From sequence record DRR723986_3279: a stretch of 64,000 nucleotides of DNA; one strand, 5' to 3'. The notes beneath the pieces were generated by a model that ran no database searches, had not been told where the DNA came from, and saw nothing but the letters and a program-made list of their open reading frames with translations. The position numbers and the translations under genes are program-made. Shown one piece after another: positions 38,459-48,461 of this stretch (position 1 is its first letter; the number at the start of each line of letters is the position of its first letter).

Positions 38459-40921
38459 CTATTCATGTTTCAGCGTTAATGCAGGGCTGGTATTGGACGC
38501 CCGAACCGCATGATACACCACCGTTAGCACGGCAATCATCAAGGCAATAATGCTAGCTGTCATGAAGGGTAGTGGCGTGAGGTCTATGCGGTAGGCAAAG
38601 CCCGCCAGCCAATCACGCGTAATCAACCATGCAGCAGGCCACGCAATGAGGTTGGCAATCAACACCGGTTTTGAGAACTGCCAGACCATAAGGCGCACAA
38701 CAGCATAGGTGCTGGCCCCCATTAGCTTGCGAAGGCTAATTTCCTTGGTGCGGCGCTGGGCGTTATAAGCCGCCTGACTAAACAAACCGATTGCGGAAAC
38801 AAAGATCGCAAAAATTGCGAACACGCCAAACATTTCGCCGCGCTGAGCGTCTGCTTCATATAACTGGCCGTACCCTTCCTCATACCAGGTTACATTTATC
38901 GGGAAGGCAGGAACATGCTGTTTCCAAAGCATCTCGATGGCGCGTTGAACTTCATTCTCGCGGCCTTCGGCTGTTTGCACATTCAATGTAGTCGCCTCAG
39001 CTTCAGGTATATAGAACTTCAGCGGCTCAACAGCATCGCGGAGGCTGCGCATGTGCATATCTTCAACAACACCGATAATGGTAATTTGTTTTAATTCACC
39101 TGTTTCAATGTAGCTGAAGCTTTTACCAATCGCCTCTTCCGGGCTAGCATAGCCCATATATTTCACCGCCTGACGATTGAGTATTGTGGCCTCTTCAGTG
39201 ACCCCGCCTTCAGGTTCAGTTTTATATGTTCTATCCAGCGCCCGATTCTCATCAAACATACGCCCTGCAATCAATTTGGCGCCAATAAAGTCGAGCATGT
39301 TATGATCTACCGGTACATCTTCCAGATTATATGTGGTGTTTGTTGGGTCTCCAATTTTTTGAAAACTAAAGCCCCACTTACCTCGTAGCGGTAATGACCG
39401 ATGGGAAAATGCTGTGCCAAGCACGCCCGGCAAGTCTTCAATTTCCTGACGAATTGTCTCTTTAACCGGGTCGACACTTTTGTAACTCATATTACCAATG
39501 CTCAGCCTGTTTTCAATTTCAAACCCAAGGTCTTTGTCACGGGTGTAATTGGTCTGGCTGGTCACGATCAGGGTAATGGCCATCAACCCGATGGAAATAG
39601 CAAACTGCATTGTTACAAGCGCCAACCTGAGTTTACCGCCTTGCAATTTTGCAGACCCAGATGAATGTAACACAGCTGCCGGGCGCACCCGTGTAATATG
39701 AAATGCCGGGTGCAAGCCTGCGCCCAAGCCAACAACCACCAATAACCCGGCAACCATCAGCATTGCCATAGGGTCAGAAGCAACATTCAGGGCCAGGAAC
39801 TTGGCGATGAAGTCATTGAACCACGGCAAAGCAACTTCAACCAACGTAAGCGCGATGACCAAAGCAGTTCCAACGGTTATGATTGTTTCCAGCAGAAACT
39901 GTGTGATCAACTGACCACGCCGCGCGCCCACCACCTTACGCAGGGCAATTTCCCGCGCCCGCAGGCTGGCTCTGGCCGTGGCCAGGTTAATAAAGTTCAC
40001 GCAGGCAATGAAAATAATCAGCGCGGCAATAATACCAAAACTGATCACCAGGCGCATATCACCCGGCGGTTTCATTTGAAAGCGCCCGGTCGATTTCAGG
40101 TGGATATCCGCAACCGGCATCAAACGCAGTTTTAGTGTCTGACTAAGCGGCACAACAATGCCAGGGGCTTCCTCGGCAACAACGTTTCTGTCCAGAAATG
40201 CTGGAAATTCATTTTCCAGTTCTGTCGGGTCTGTTGTCGGTGCAAGCTGCATATATGTGTGCAGATTGTGGGACTGCCAATAGCCGGCAATCCAGGGCCT
40301 GTCCACGTATCGTTCAGGATCAAAAAGAGCAATAAAATCGAATTGAAGGTGCGTGTTTTCGGGCAAATCCGGGATAACACCAACAACCTTGAAGGCGTAA
40401 TCAACATCATCGGGGTTCAGAATTTGCCCAACCGGGTCTGCATCCCCAAAATATTTACGGGCCATGCTTTCTGTCACTAACAGCGATGTATTGTCATCAA
40501 AAACGGCATCGCGTTCACCAGACAAGGCCTTGATATCAAAAATATCGAAAAAGCCAGGGTCCACATACCCAACAGTTTCGATGAAAGCATTGTTGTCGCG
40601 GATAAACAAATGGCCTTCAAAGTACAGACGGCTGATGGCTTCAATGTCGCTCGGGAAATCTTTCAGGAGCGGGTCGCGCATCCGCCCCGGCGAAACCCCA
40701 ACATACTCACTGGTTCCATCCTGTGAGCTGATTGACCCTTCAAAGCGGTATAGGTTTTCTGTATTAGGCCCCCAGTTATCGTAAGACAGTTCATCGCGGA
40801 TAAATAACAGGATCAAAATCGCTGCCGCCAAGGCCACAGCAAGGCCAACAATATTGATAATACTAAACTGTTTGTCACGGCGCAGGGCCCGAAACGCAGA
40901 AATCATATAGTGGCTGAACAT
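38459..40921 (-). CDS. ABC transporter permease, MacB/FtsX double-repeat type
   Basis: FSIINIVGLAV, IACVNFINL..A....RAREIALRKVVGA, RTKEISLRKLMGA, C-terminal LKHE. Confidence 0.92.
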   Translation of the reverse strand: MFSHYMISAFRALRRDKQFSIINIVGLAVALAAAILILLFIRDELSYDNWGPNTENLYRFEGSISSQDGTSEYVGVSPGRMRDPLLKDFPSDIEAISRLYFEGHLFIRDNNAFIETVGYVDPGFFDIFDIKALSGERDAVFDDNTSLLVTESMARKYFGDADPVGQILNPDDVDYAFKVVGVIPDLPENTHLQFDFIALFDPERYVDRPWIAGYWQSHNLHTYMQLAPTTDPTELENEFPAFLDRNVVAEEAPGIVVPLSQTLKLRLMPVADIHLKSTGRFQMKPPGDMRLVISFGIIAALIIFIACVNFINLATARASLRAREIALRKVVGARRGQLITQFLLETIITVGTALVIALTLVEVALPWFNDFIAKFLALNVASDPMAMLMVAGLLVVVGLGAGLHPAFHITRVRPAAVLHSSGSAKLQGGKLRLALVTMQFAISIGLMAITLIVTSQTNYTRDKDLGFEIENRLSIGNMSYKSVDPVKETIRQEIEDLPGVLGTAFSHRSLPLRGKWGFSFQKIGDPTNTTYNLEDVPVDHNMLDFIGAKLIAGRMFDENRALDRTYKTEPEGGVTEEATILNRQAVKYMGYASPEEAIGKSFSYIETGELKQITIIGVVEDMHMRSLRDAVEPLKFYIPEAEATTLNVQTAEGRENEVQRAIEMLWKQHVPAFPINVTWYEEGYGQLYEADAQRGEMFGVFAIFAIFVSAIGLFSQAAYNAQRRTKEISLRKLMGASTYAVVRLMVWQFSKPVLIANLIAWPAAWLITRDWLAGFAYRIDLTPLPFMTASIIALMIAVLTVVYHAVRASNTSPALTLKHE

Positions 40922-40962
40922 GGTATCGATCCTTCTGTCTATTCTTTTTATAGCTCTCTATC

Positions 40963-40979
40963 AGCAGTTTTCATGCCAA
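40963..40979 (-). promoter_or_regulatory. Sigma-54 (-24/-12) promoter upstream of the permease
   Basis: Minus strand TTGGCATGAAAACTGCT fits TGGCAC-N5-TTGC with correct GG/GC spacing. Confidence 0.6.
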
Positions 40980-41105
40980 CGTCAAAATGAAAAAATATCT
41001 ATATATTTCATATCTTTGGAAAAAATAATCCCTGTGCAATTTTATGCGCCTGTCCGCTTTCGAACACAGAAGTGTCCACATTCGTACAGTCGCGCGGCGT
41101 GACAA

Positions 41106-42488
41106 GTGGGCCGTAAAGATGTTATCGTTGCATCTATGCAAGAAATCCAATCTGCCCTCGGGCTCGATCAACCCTTCACAGTTGTCGGCAACGAAAATTA
41201 CCCATCCTGTTTCTCCGTTAGCAACTTGGCATCAGCCTCCGTTGGTGCGGTTGGTAGCGCACTCGCAACGCTCATACACGACCTCGGCATGAGCAGTGAC
41301 ACGCCGGATGTAGTTGTTGACCGTAGGTTGGCGTCCCTATGGTTTTCAATGTCTATAGAACCTGTTGGATGGAGCCTGCCCCCTATCTGGGATGCTGTTG
41401 CCGGCGACTATCAAACCTGTGATGGGTGGATCAAACTGCACACCAACCTGTCTCATCACCGCGCGGCGGCTTTGTCGGTTCTGGGTGTTGACGCTGTGCG
41501 CGAAAAAGTTGCTGATGCCGTTTGCACATGGAACGCGGACGAATTGGAAACAGCTATTGTCGGTGCTGGCGGCGTTGCCGCCGCTATGCGCACACGGGCC
41601 AAGTGGGAAAACCACCCTCAAGGCAAAGCAGTTGCATCCGAGCCTTTAATTGCATGGAGCAATAGCCACAAGAGCACCCTGAGAGAATGGAGTGGTTCTA
41701 AAGAGCGGCCCCTTAGCGGCCTGCGTGTTCTGGACCTAACACGGGTTTTGGCCGGGCCAGTGGCAACGCGCACACTCGCCAGTTTCGGTGCGGATGTTCT
41801 GCGCATTGACCCGCCCGGATGGAATGAGGCCAACATTGTGCCCGACATCACGCTGGGCAAACGTTGTAGTTTCCTGTCACTGGATAATCCTGCAGACCGG
41901 GCAGTTTTTGAAAAGCTATTGTCAAAAGCTGACGTGCTCGTGCACGGTTACCGTCCCGGCGCGCTCGACGGTCTGGGGCTGAGCGAGCAAGTGCGCCGAA
42001 GCATTGCACCAAATCTGATTGAAGTATGCCTGGACGCCTATGGCTGGACCGGCCCCTGGGCCAAACGCCGCGGGTTTGATAGCCTTGTGCAAATGAGTTG
42101 CGGCATCGCAGATACCGGCATGTGGTGGGCAAAAGCAAACAAACCAACGCCCCTGCCTGTTCAAGCATTGGACCATGCAACCGGCTACCTAATGGCAGCA
42201 GCCGTAATCCGGGCGGTCACGGATGCCGCAAGTGACAAAGGTATTAGAAATGCTCGCCTTTCCCTCGCCCGCACCGCTGAGCTTCTCATCTGCCACCCGC
42301 AAACAGCGCCGGGCACATTAGATAAAGACCCCGTCAGCGATGACTTTTCAGATATCGATGAAATCACCCCTTGGGGCAAGGCCCGGCGGCTTAAACCACC
42401 ACTACAAATAGCGGGAACGCCGATGCACTGGACACGACCGGCATGTGAACTGGGCAACGAACCGGCCAAATGGCTTTCGCTTGCCTAA
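41106..42488 (+). CDS. CoA-transferase family III (CaiB/BaiF); start uncertain
   Basis: PLSGLRVLDLTRVLAGP, GADVLRID, GYRPGAL, RRGFDSLVQ. Confidence 0.9.
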   Translation: MGRKDVIVASMQEIQSALGLDQPFTVVGNENYPSCFSVSNLASASVGAVGSALATLIHDLGMSSDTPDVVVDRRLASLWFSMSIEPVGWSLPPIWDAVAGDYQTCDGWIKLHTNLSHHRAAALSVLGVDAVREKVADAVCTWNADELETAIVGAGGVAAAMRTRAKWENHPQGKAVASEPLIAWSNSHKSTLREWSGSKERPLSGLRVLDLTRVLAGPVATRTLASFGADVLRIDPPGWNEANIVPDITLGKRCSFLSLDNPADRAVFEKLLSKADVLVHGYRPGALDGLGLSEQVRRSIAPNLIEVCLDAYGWTGPWAKRRGFDSLVQMSCGIADTGMWWAKANKPTPLPVQALDHATGYLMAAAVIRAVTDAASDKGIRNARLSLARTAELLICHPQTAPGTLDKDPVSDDFSDIDEITPWGKARRLKPPLQIAGTPMHWTRPACELGNEPAKWLSLA

Positions 42489-42540
42489 CAGGCCCATGGC
42501 ACCATATGTTGGTTGGGGGATAATGTAAGGGGAGAGACTT

Positions 42541-43785
42541 GTGAACGGAAAGAAAATCGCCGGAATTTTGGTCTTAGTTTTTGTGATCGGCGCTGGAAGT
42601 TGGGGCTGGAATTATTACCAAAAAATCAAACCTTTTCAAGACTTTACAAACCCTGAAACCCTCACAGAAAGTTTCCGCTCGGCCTTCCAAAGCTTCGGCG
42701 GCACAACGATCAAAGCGCCAGAAAACACACTCGCCTTCCGCCGATTAGATGGCATCACTATGCCCGAAACCTTTGAATATGAAGGCGAAACCTACACGCT
42801 TGAAAGCATGCTGGATTCCACCTTCACCACCGGCTTTCTAGTGGCGCTGGATGACCAGATTTTATTTGAAGACTATTTCCGCGGGGAAAGAGAAGACGAC
42901 CGGCACATTATGTTTTCCGTGTCTAAATCTTTCGTTGCCTCGCTGGTAGGTATTGCGCTTGAGGAAGGCAAATTCGACAGCGTAAATGACCCCATCACCA
43001 AATATTTGCCCGAACTTTCAGCCTCCGGCTATAACGGCGTGCGCATAAAAGACATTCTTCAAATGTCGTCAGGTGTGTATTTCAATGAAGACTATAATGA
43101 CCCCTTCTCTGATGTGAACCAAATGGGCCTTACCGTTGCCACGGGCGGGTCGCTAGACGAATTTGCCCTTACGCTTAAAAACAAATGGCAGCCCGGTACC
43201 TACAATAATTATGTCAGTGTGGACACGCATATTCTGGGCATGTTGCTAACCAAGGTAACAGGCCAAAGCCTCTCCAGTTACCTGCAAGACAAAATCTGGC
43301 AGCCGTTGGGCATGGAATTTGACGGCCACTGGCTCACAGATGGCGTCAACATGGAAATGGCCATGGGCGGTTTGAATGTGGCGCTGCGCGACATGGCCCG
43401 CATGGGTCGCTTGTATTTGCACAAGGGCAATATGGACGGCAAACAAATTGTACCTGCCAGTTGGGTTACGGCCTCCATAACACCAGACGCACCACACCTG
43501 ATGCCGGGCAAAGACAACCCCGGCTCCAGCAACCCCAATGGTTACGGCTATCAGTGGTGGTTACCTATTGAGCCGCACGGTGATTTCTTTGCCGCGGGCA
43601 TCTATTATCAATATATCTATGTGGACCCAACCACCGGCGTGGTGATTGCAAAAACATCATCGGACCTTAAGTTTACCGACCCAAGCGAGCCGCGCAAAAA
43701 AGACCTGCAGATCGCCGCCTTTCAGGCCATCTCGGCACATGTGGCGGCGCAAATGAAAAGCCGGTCGGTGTTTGCAGCAGAATAA
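42541..43785 (+). CDS. Serine hydrolase, beta-lactamase class C-like (NylB-like)
   Basis: FSVSKS (SxxK), LQMSSG, Y.S.DT, GYGYQWW; N-terminal TM anchor. Confidence 0.88.
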   Translation: MNGKKIAGILVLVFVIGAGSWGWNYYQKIKPFQDFTNPETLTESFRSAFQSFGGTTIKAPENTLAFRRLDGITMPETFEYEGETYTLESMLDSTFTTGFLVALDDQILFEDYFRGEREDDRHIMFSVSKSFVASLVGIALEEGKFDSVNDPITKYLPELSASGYNGVRIKDILQMSSGVYFNEDYNDPFSDVNQMGLTVATGGSLDEFALTLKNKWQPGTYNNYVSVDTHILGMLLTKVTGQSLSSYLQDKIWQPLGMEFDGHWLTDGVNMEMAMGGLNVALRDMARMGRLYLHKGNMDGKQIVPASWVTASITPDAPHLMPGKDNPGSSNPNGYGYQWWLPIEPHGDFFAAGIYYQYIYVDPTTGVVIAKTSSDLKFTDPSEPRKKDLQIAAFQAISAHVAAQMKSRSVFAAE

Positions 43786-43810
43786 CCAGAAGCAAGAAAA
43801 GGAGACTTTG

Positions 43811-43972
43811 ATGGCACAGCGTACAGAGATCATCCGCCACGGTGCCAGCTTTGGTGCGGCATTAGCCATCGCCATCTCATGGTCAGTTAACAAGTCAATT
43901 TTTTGGGCCATGATCCACGGTGTTTTCAGCTGGTTTTATGTCATTTACTACGCGCTTACCCGCACCAGCTAA
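43811..43972 (+). CDS. Small membrane protein (53 aa)
   Basis: GGAG RBS; FGAALAIAISWSVNKSIFWAMIHGVFSWFYVIYY, two TM-like segments. Confidence 0.75.
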   Translation: MAQRTEIIRHGASFGAALAIAISWSVNKSIFWAMIHGVFSWFYVIYYALTRTS

Positions 43973-44083
43973 CGACGCATAGCCAATTGATTCTAGCCTG
44001 TGGCTTTCTTTCCAGAAATTCCGGGCTAGTTCATCCATCAGACACAGCAGAGATGCTTTATTCTCCAAATCAAGAGGTTCATC

Positions 44084-45223
44084 ATGTCATTACCCGCAAC
44101 ATACCTAAAAATGTTCTCCACCGTCACAGCAGAAGGCGAACTGCGCATGCAGTTGATGGAACAGGAAATGCCGACACCGAAATCTGACCAAGTGATTGTC
44201 CGCGTTGAAGCCGCGCCCATCAACCCGTCTGACCAAGGCGTTATGTTCGGCTGGACCGATATGAGCAAAGCAAGTTCAACCGGTTCTGGCGCAGAAACTG
44301 TGCTATCGGCCCCGGTGTCACCCCAAGGCATGGCCATTATGAAAGCGCGCGTGGGACAAGACTTGCCAGTGGGCAACGAGGGCGCAGGCACGGTAGTTGC
44401 CGCTGGTGACAGCGACTATGCGCAAAGCCTTATGGGCAAAACAGTCGCCACACTCGGCGGCAATATGTACAGCGAGTATGTCTGTGTTCCTGCCGCGGCA
44501 TGCTTGCCGCTTATGCCCGAGCACACAGCCCGCGACGGTGCTTCCTGCTTTGTGAACCCGCTAACGGCACTTTCCATGATTGAAACAATGAAGCTTGAAG
44601 GCCACACCGCGCTCGTGCACACGGCGGCGGCCTCAAATCTGGGTCAAATGCTCAACAAAATTTGCCAAGCAGACGGTGTTGAATTGGTCAACATTGTCCG
44701 CAAGCAAGAGCAAGTTGATATTCTTGAAGGGCTGGGCGCGAAATATATTGTGAACAGCAGCAGCGACACCTTCATGAAAGACCTAACCGATGCCATCCAT
44801 GCCACGGGTGCCACATTGGCGTTTGACGCCACCGGCGGCGGTGATCTGGCCTCGAATATTCTAAGCGCGATGGAAGCTGCTGCCGCCCGCACACCGGGTG
44901 CCTACAGCATATATGGTTCCATCAAGCACAAGCAGGTTTATCTTTACGGCGGGCTCGACACATCAGCCACCACCCTTACCCGGGGTTACGGCATGGCATG
45001 GGGCGTGGGTGGCTGGTTGCTGCCAAACTTCCTGGCACGTGTCGGCGACGAAGTGGCAAACCGCCTGCGCATGCGCGTGGCCAAAGAACTGAAAACAACT
45101 TTTGCCAGCCATTACACCGATGAAATTTCAATGTCTGAGGCCCTGCAGGCGGATGTCATGAAGCGCTACTATGCCAAAACAACCGGTGAAAAATTCCTGA
45201 TGTGCCCGCAGAAAGACCTGTAA
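44084..45223 (+). CDS. MDR-family (zinc-binding dehydrogenase-like) oxidoreductase
   Basis: VEAAPINPSD, GNEGAGTVV, FVNPLTA, HTAAASNLGQM, FDATGGG. Confidence 0.9.
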   Translation: MSLPATYLKMFSTVTAEGELRMQLMEQEMPTPKSDQVIVRVEAAPINPSDQGVMFGWTDMSKASSTGSGAETVLSAPVSPQGMAIMKARVGQDLPVGNEGAGTVVAAGDSDYAQSLMGKTVATLGGNMYSEYVCVPAAACLPLMPEHTARDGASCFVNPLTALSMIETMKLEGHTALVHTAAASNLGQMLNKICQADGVELVNIVRKQEQVDILEGLGAKYIVNSSSDTFMKDLTDAIHATGATLAFDATGGGDLASNILSAMEAAAARTPGAYSIYGSIKHKQVYLYGGLDTSATTLTRGYGMAWGVGGWLLPNFLARVGDEVANRLRMRVAKELKTTFASHYTDEISMSEALQADVMKRYYAKTTGEKFLMCPQKDL

Positions 45224-45245
45224 AGCACACAACTTAAACCAAAAG

Positions 45246-45273
45246 AAAAAGCCGGGTACTACCCGGCTTTTTT
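45246..45273. terminator. Bidirectional intrinsic terminator
   Basis: AAAAAGCCGGGT-ACT-ACCCGGCTTTTTT between convergent genes. Confidence 0.88.
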
Positions 45274-45298
45274 GTATCTTTAAGGCGCGAGCAACTTT

Positions 45299-45589
45299 CT
45301 ATTCCAGACCTTGAGCGATGATAGAATTAAGTGTAGCGCCCGCGTCCCGGTGCTTTGCAATTTTCTGGTACGCGTCAGACGACAACCAAGCCATTGCTGA
45401 GGGCTTGTCTGGAAATTCGATCAAAACAGACCGGTCAGCAGTCCAATCACCCATAAGCACTTTCGGCTCGAAGTCGGCACTGAGCATTTTGCCGTTAAAC
45501 TGGCTAAAAACGCCCATGAACTGGTCAGCGTATTTATCGTATTCTTCGCGGTTATGAATGGTAATTTGAGAAATAATATAAACGGACAT
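45299..45589 (-). CDS. DUF1330 domain protein
   Basis: YII....I...EEY..Y, LIEFPD...A.AW..S.AYQ.I...R. Confidence 0.85.
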   Translation of the reverse strand: MSVYIISQITIHNREEYDKYADQFMGVFSQFNGKMLSADFEPKVLMGDWTADRSVLIEFPDKPSAMAWLSSDAYQKIAKHRDAGATLNSIIAQGLE

Positions 45590-45656
45590 GGGTTGCTCCC
45601 GGCTAATTGTTTTCACACAAATAGGTAGGGCCAAAACCCGAACCGGCAATGACCAT

Positions 45657-45683
45657 AAAAAAGCCGGGCAATAACCCGGCTTT
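45657..45683 (-). terminator. Intrinsic terminator
   Basis: AAAAAAGCCGGG-CAATAA-CCCGGCTTT downstream of the lipoprotein gene. Confidence 0.8.
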
Positions 45684-45711
45684 GGATTAGCTTGCTAACA
45701 AAGCCTGCGGC

Positions 45712-45990
45712 TTACTGGTTAACGCCATCAATTGTCGGTGTGGGCGAGCCATTGGTGCGACAACCATACGCCATGCCGAGGCCTTCGTCCTTGCGGTTAA
45801 TCACGAACGACGTGGTACCTTCTGGGCAGGTAAAGCGGTCGCGGTCGCCGTTGGGCAGGGTGACGGTAATACGGTCGTCGCGCTCATAGTCACGGTAGCT
45901 GCGGTCCATGCCATCGTCGTCAATATGAACAGAACAAGCACCGAGCGTAAGGCAAACGGCAGACATAATTATGGTGTTGATTGGTTTCAT
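45712..45990 (-). CDS. Small lipoprotein, hypothetical
   Basis: Lipobox LGAC; AGGA RBS; two further Cys. Confidence 0.75.
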   Translation of the reverse strand: MKPINTIIMSAVCLTLGACSVHIDDDGMDRSYRDYERDDRITVTLPNGDRDRFTCPEGTTSFVINRKDEGLGMAYGCRTNGSPTPTIDGVNQ

Positions 45991-46087
45991 TTTTTTATCC
46001 TCTAATTGTCGTTTTGGTCGTTTTTTTATTTATAAAGCCTGTTTATCGCGCCTGAATTGGAAAAACAAGCGCGATATAATACGACAA

Positions 46088-48130
46088 CTAGAAGTTTGCA
46101 GAAACGCCGATCCGGCCAAAGCGCCGCTGCGCGATGGTCTCTAGCCCGGCAGAAGACAGCGCCGACACCACCCGCGCATTGAACAGATTTTCCACATTGG
46201 CTGTCAGCTGCACGGTATCAGTTAGGTTATAGGCCGCGCCCATATTAACCGTAAAAATGCTGCCTAAACGCCGGGTGTTCAAATCATCATCAAACTGGCT
46301 ACCTGCATACCTTGCCTCAAGGCGCCACCAGCCTTTATCAAGCGCTTTATTAATGCTGGCGGTTGCACTGTGGCGAGGGGTTTGCACAGGCCGGTTACCG
46401 ATAAGCGCCGGGTTGGCATCAAACGCCGTAATGCGCGAACGGGCATAGAGATATTGCCCTCGCAACTCCAAATTCCCGTCCAGCTCTATGCGGCCTTCAA
46501 GTTCGATACCGTCAATGGTGGTGCGGTCAATATTGGCGCGCTGGCGCAGCACACCGCCGCCGGGCACAAATCCACCCAGCGGGAAGAAGCCGGGGCCAAA
46601 GCCAATGGTTACATTACCCACACCGTCATTCAGCCAATTACGGAAGAAGGTCACGCTGGCGCTGACTGTGTTCAGCGGCTGGTAGTCAAAGCCCAGCTCA
46701 ACGCCGTACAGCGCCTCGGGTCTCAGGTCTGGGTTGGCTTCGGTGATGTCGTTGACCACACGAAACGGGCGGTAATATTCATTAAGCGTCGGTAAGCGCC
46801 AGCTTTTGAAGGCTGCAGCGCGCAGGTTAATGGCGCCCGTGAGGCCACGCTCATAGCCAATGCGGCCACTGCCAATCCAGTCAGCGCGGTTGGGCACTGT
46901 GTCTTGGCGTACCAGCGAGCCGTCGGCAATATTGGTCTCTAACCGCTCGCCGCCGTATGTGCGCCAACGGTCCAGTCGAACGGTGGCTGACAGTTCGCCC
47001 CAATCGCCCGATGCCCCGTATTCACCGTAACCACCCAAAATCCACTGGTCGCCACCTGCCCGGCGTTGGCGGGTGAAGCCTGCACCCAAATTGCGGAAAC
47101 GCTCGTTGGTCTCCCCGCTCATGCGACGACCATCAAGGCCAAATTCAAACCCGCCTGATTGTATGCGCGCCAAAAAGCCAGCACCCCATGCAGGCACATC
47201 AAACTGGTCCAGTACCGCGCGCTCGGTCGTGCGGTCATCGCGCGCAGAAGCAAACACATTGGCAAAGTCCCGCTCGCGGTAATAAACCGTTAGCTCGTAA
47301 GCGGTGCCGCTTTCCGGCTGATGCAACAGCCGCAGCGATGTGTCGATGGCATCGGTTTCATTTACGGCCAGTGAAAAGCCGTTCACCCGGTTTTCACCGT
47401 AAACCCGCGCGCGCGCTGTCAGGGTCGTATCCGCAGAAAACTTGTGGGCGTATGAACCGCCAACTGAATAGGCGTCACTGGCTGCACGCGCATCAACCGG
47501 GCCGCGGTCTGCCGCGTCCAGCAAAAAGTCGCCGTCGGTTTCAAAATATCCGCCGTTCAGCGTAAATTCGCCGCTTTCTGTTTCCAAAACAGCACTGCCG
47601 TTCAGGGAAAATGAGTTGTCAGAGCCGTAAAAACCGGAAAGCTGATTGCGCGGTGCAGATTGCAAATCAACCGCGCCCGCCAGCGCCTGCGCACCGAAAG
47701 CACCAGGCGAACCACCCCTACGCACAACTGCTTGGCTCACCGCGTTTCCTTGGTATCCAGACCAGTATATCCAGCCGCCGAACGGGTCATTTTGCGGAAT
47801 GCCATCAAGGGTCACGAGCACGCGCCCAGCGGCGTTGGCACCAACACCGCGCATGGAAAGCCCCTGAGTTGTGGGGTGCGACGTAAAACTGTTTGCACGC
47901 CTGAAAAGGCCAACACCCGGCACAGACCCCAGCGCACTATCAAGGCGCAGGGTCGCTTGCTCGCGCACATCCACCACAACAACCTGTTGCCCAACCGCTT
48001 GCAACGGCAAGCGCGGGCTGGTTACCGTAATTTCATCAATATCGTCTGAGTGATCTTGGCTATTTGCGGCGAGGCTGGACGTCACCGTCAGTGACAGCGC
48101 CCCCATTGTTTTCAAAATTGGTCCGTACAT
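46088..48130 (-). CDS. TonB-dependent receptor
   Basis: TonB box DEITVT, plug VPGV...RG...LVTLDGIP.ND, barrel end VENLFN...GVSANF. Confidence 0.92.
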   Translation of the reverse strand: MYGPILKTMGALSLTVTSSLAANSQDHSDDIDEITVTSPRLPLQAVGQQVVVVDVREQATLRLDSALGSVPGVGLFRRANSFTSHPTTQGLSMRGVGANAAGRVLVTLDGIPQNDPFGGWIYWSGYQGNAVSQAVVRRGGSPGAFGAQALAGAVDLQSAPRNQLSGFYGSDNSFSLNGSAVLETESGEFTLNGGYFETDGDFLLDAADRGPVDARAASDAYSVGGSYAHKFSADTTLTARARVYGENRVNGFSLAVNETDAIDTSLRLLHQPESGTAYELTVYYRERDFANVFASARDDRTTERAVLDQFDVPAWGAGFLARIQSGGFEFGLDGRRMSGETNERFRNLGAGFTRQRRAGGDQWILGGYGEYGASGDWGELSATVRLDRWRTYGGERLETNIADGSLVRQDTVPNRADWIGSGRIGYERGLTGAINLRAAAFKSWRLPTLNEYYRPFRVVNDITEANPDLRPEALYGVELGFDYQPLNTVSASVTFFRNWLNDGVGNVTIGFGPGFFPLGGFVPGGGVLRQRANIDRTTIDGIELEGRIELDGNLELRGQYLYARSRITAFDANPALIGNRPVQTPRHSATASINKALDKGWWRLEARYAGSQFDDDLNTRRLGSIFTVNMGAAYNLTDTVQLTANVENLFNARVVSALSSAGLETIAQRRFGRIGVSANF

Positions 48131-48461
48131 ATGTCGCTATCAACGCTATTTCTTTATTGGTTAAATAATCAAAGCTCGGCATTTCATTACTGAAACCACC
48201 TTGCCCCGCCCCTTCGGCTGCGCTGCCGAATAGAATCATATCTATCACCCCGCCTTTGGGGTCGTTGGCCCGTTTGCTGCCAAACAACTCCGGCTGCATA
48301 AACGGTACGCCGCCGCCATCATATTGATGGCAAACGGCGCAGTGTTCTTCGTAGAGAGATTTGCCCATTTGAGCTTGAACAGCTTGTGGCTCTTCTGCCG
48401 CCACTGGGACTAAAAAGGCCGCGCCCGCAAGCGCAGCCCCAATGAGTTTACTTACCGTCAT
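48060..48461 (-). CDS. Monoheme c-type cytochrome
   Basis: Signal peptide; CAVCH; MPSF; TYVRTNF.N. Confidence 0.92.
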   Translation of the reverse strand: MTVSKLIGAALAGAAFLVPVAAEEPQAVQAQMGKSLYEEHCAVCHQYDGGGVPFMQPELFGSKRANDPKGGVIDMILFGSAAEGAGQGGFSNEMPSFDYLTNKEIALIATYVRTNFENNGGAVTDGDVQPRRK

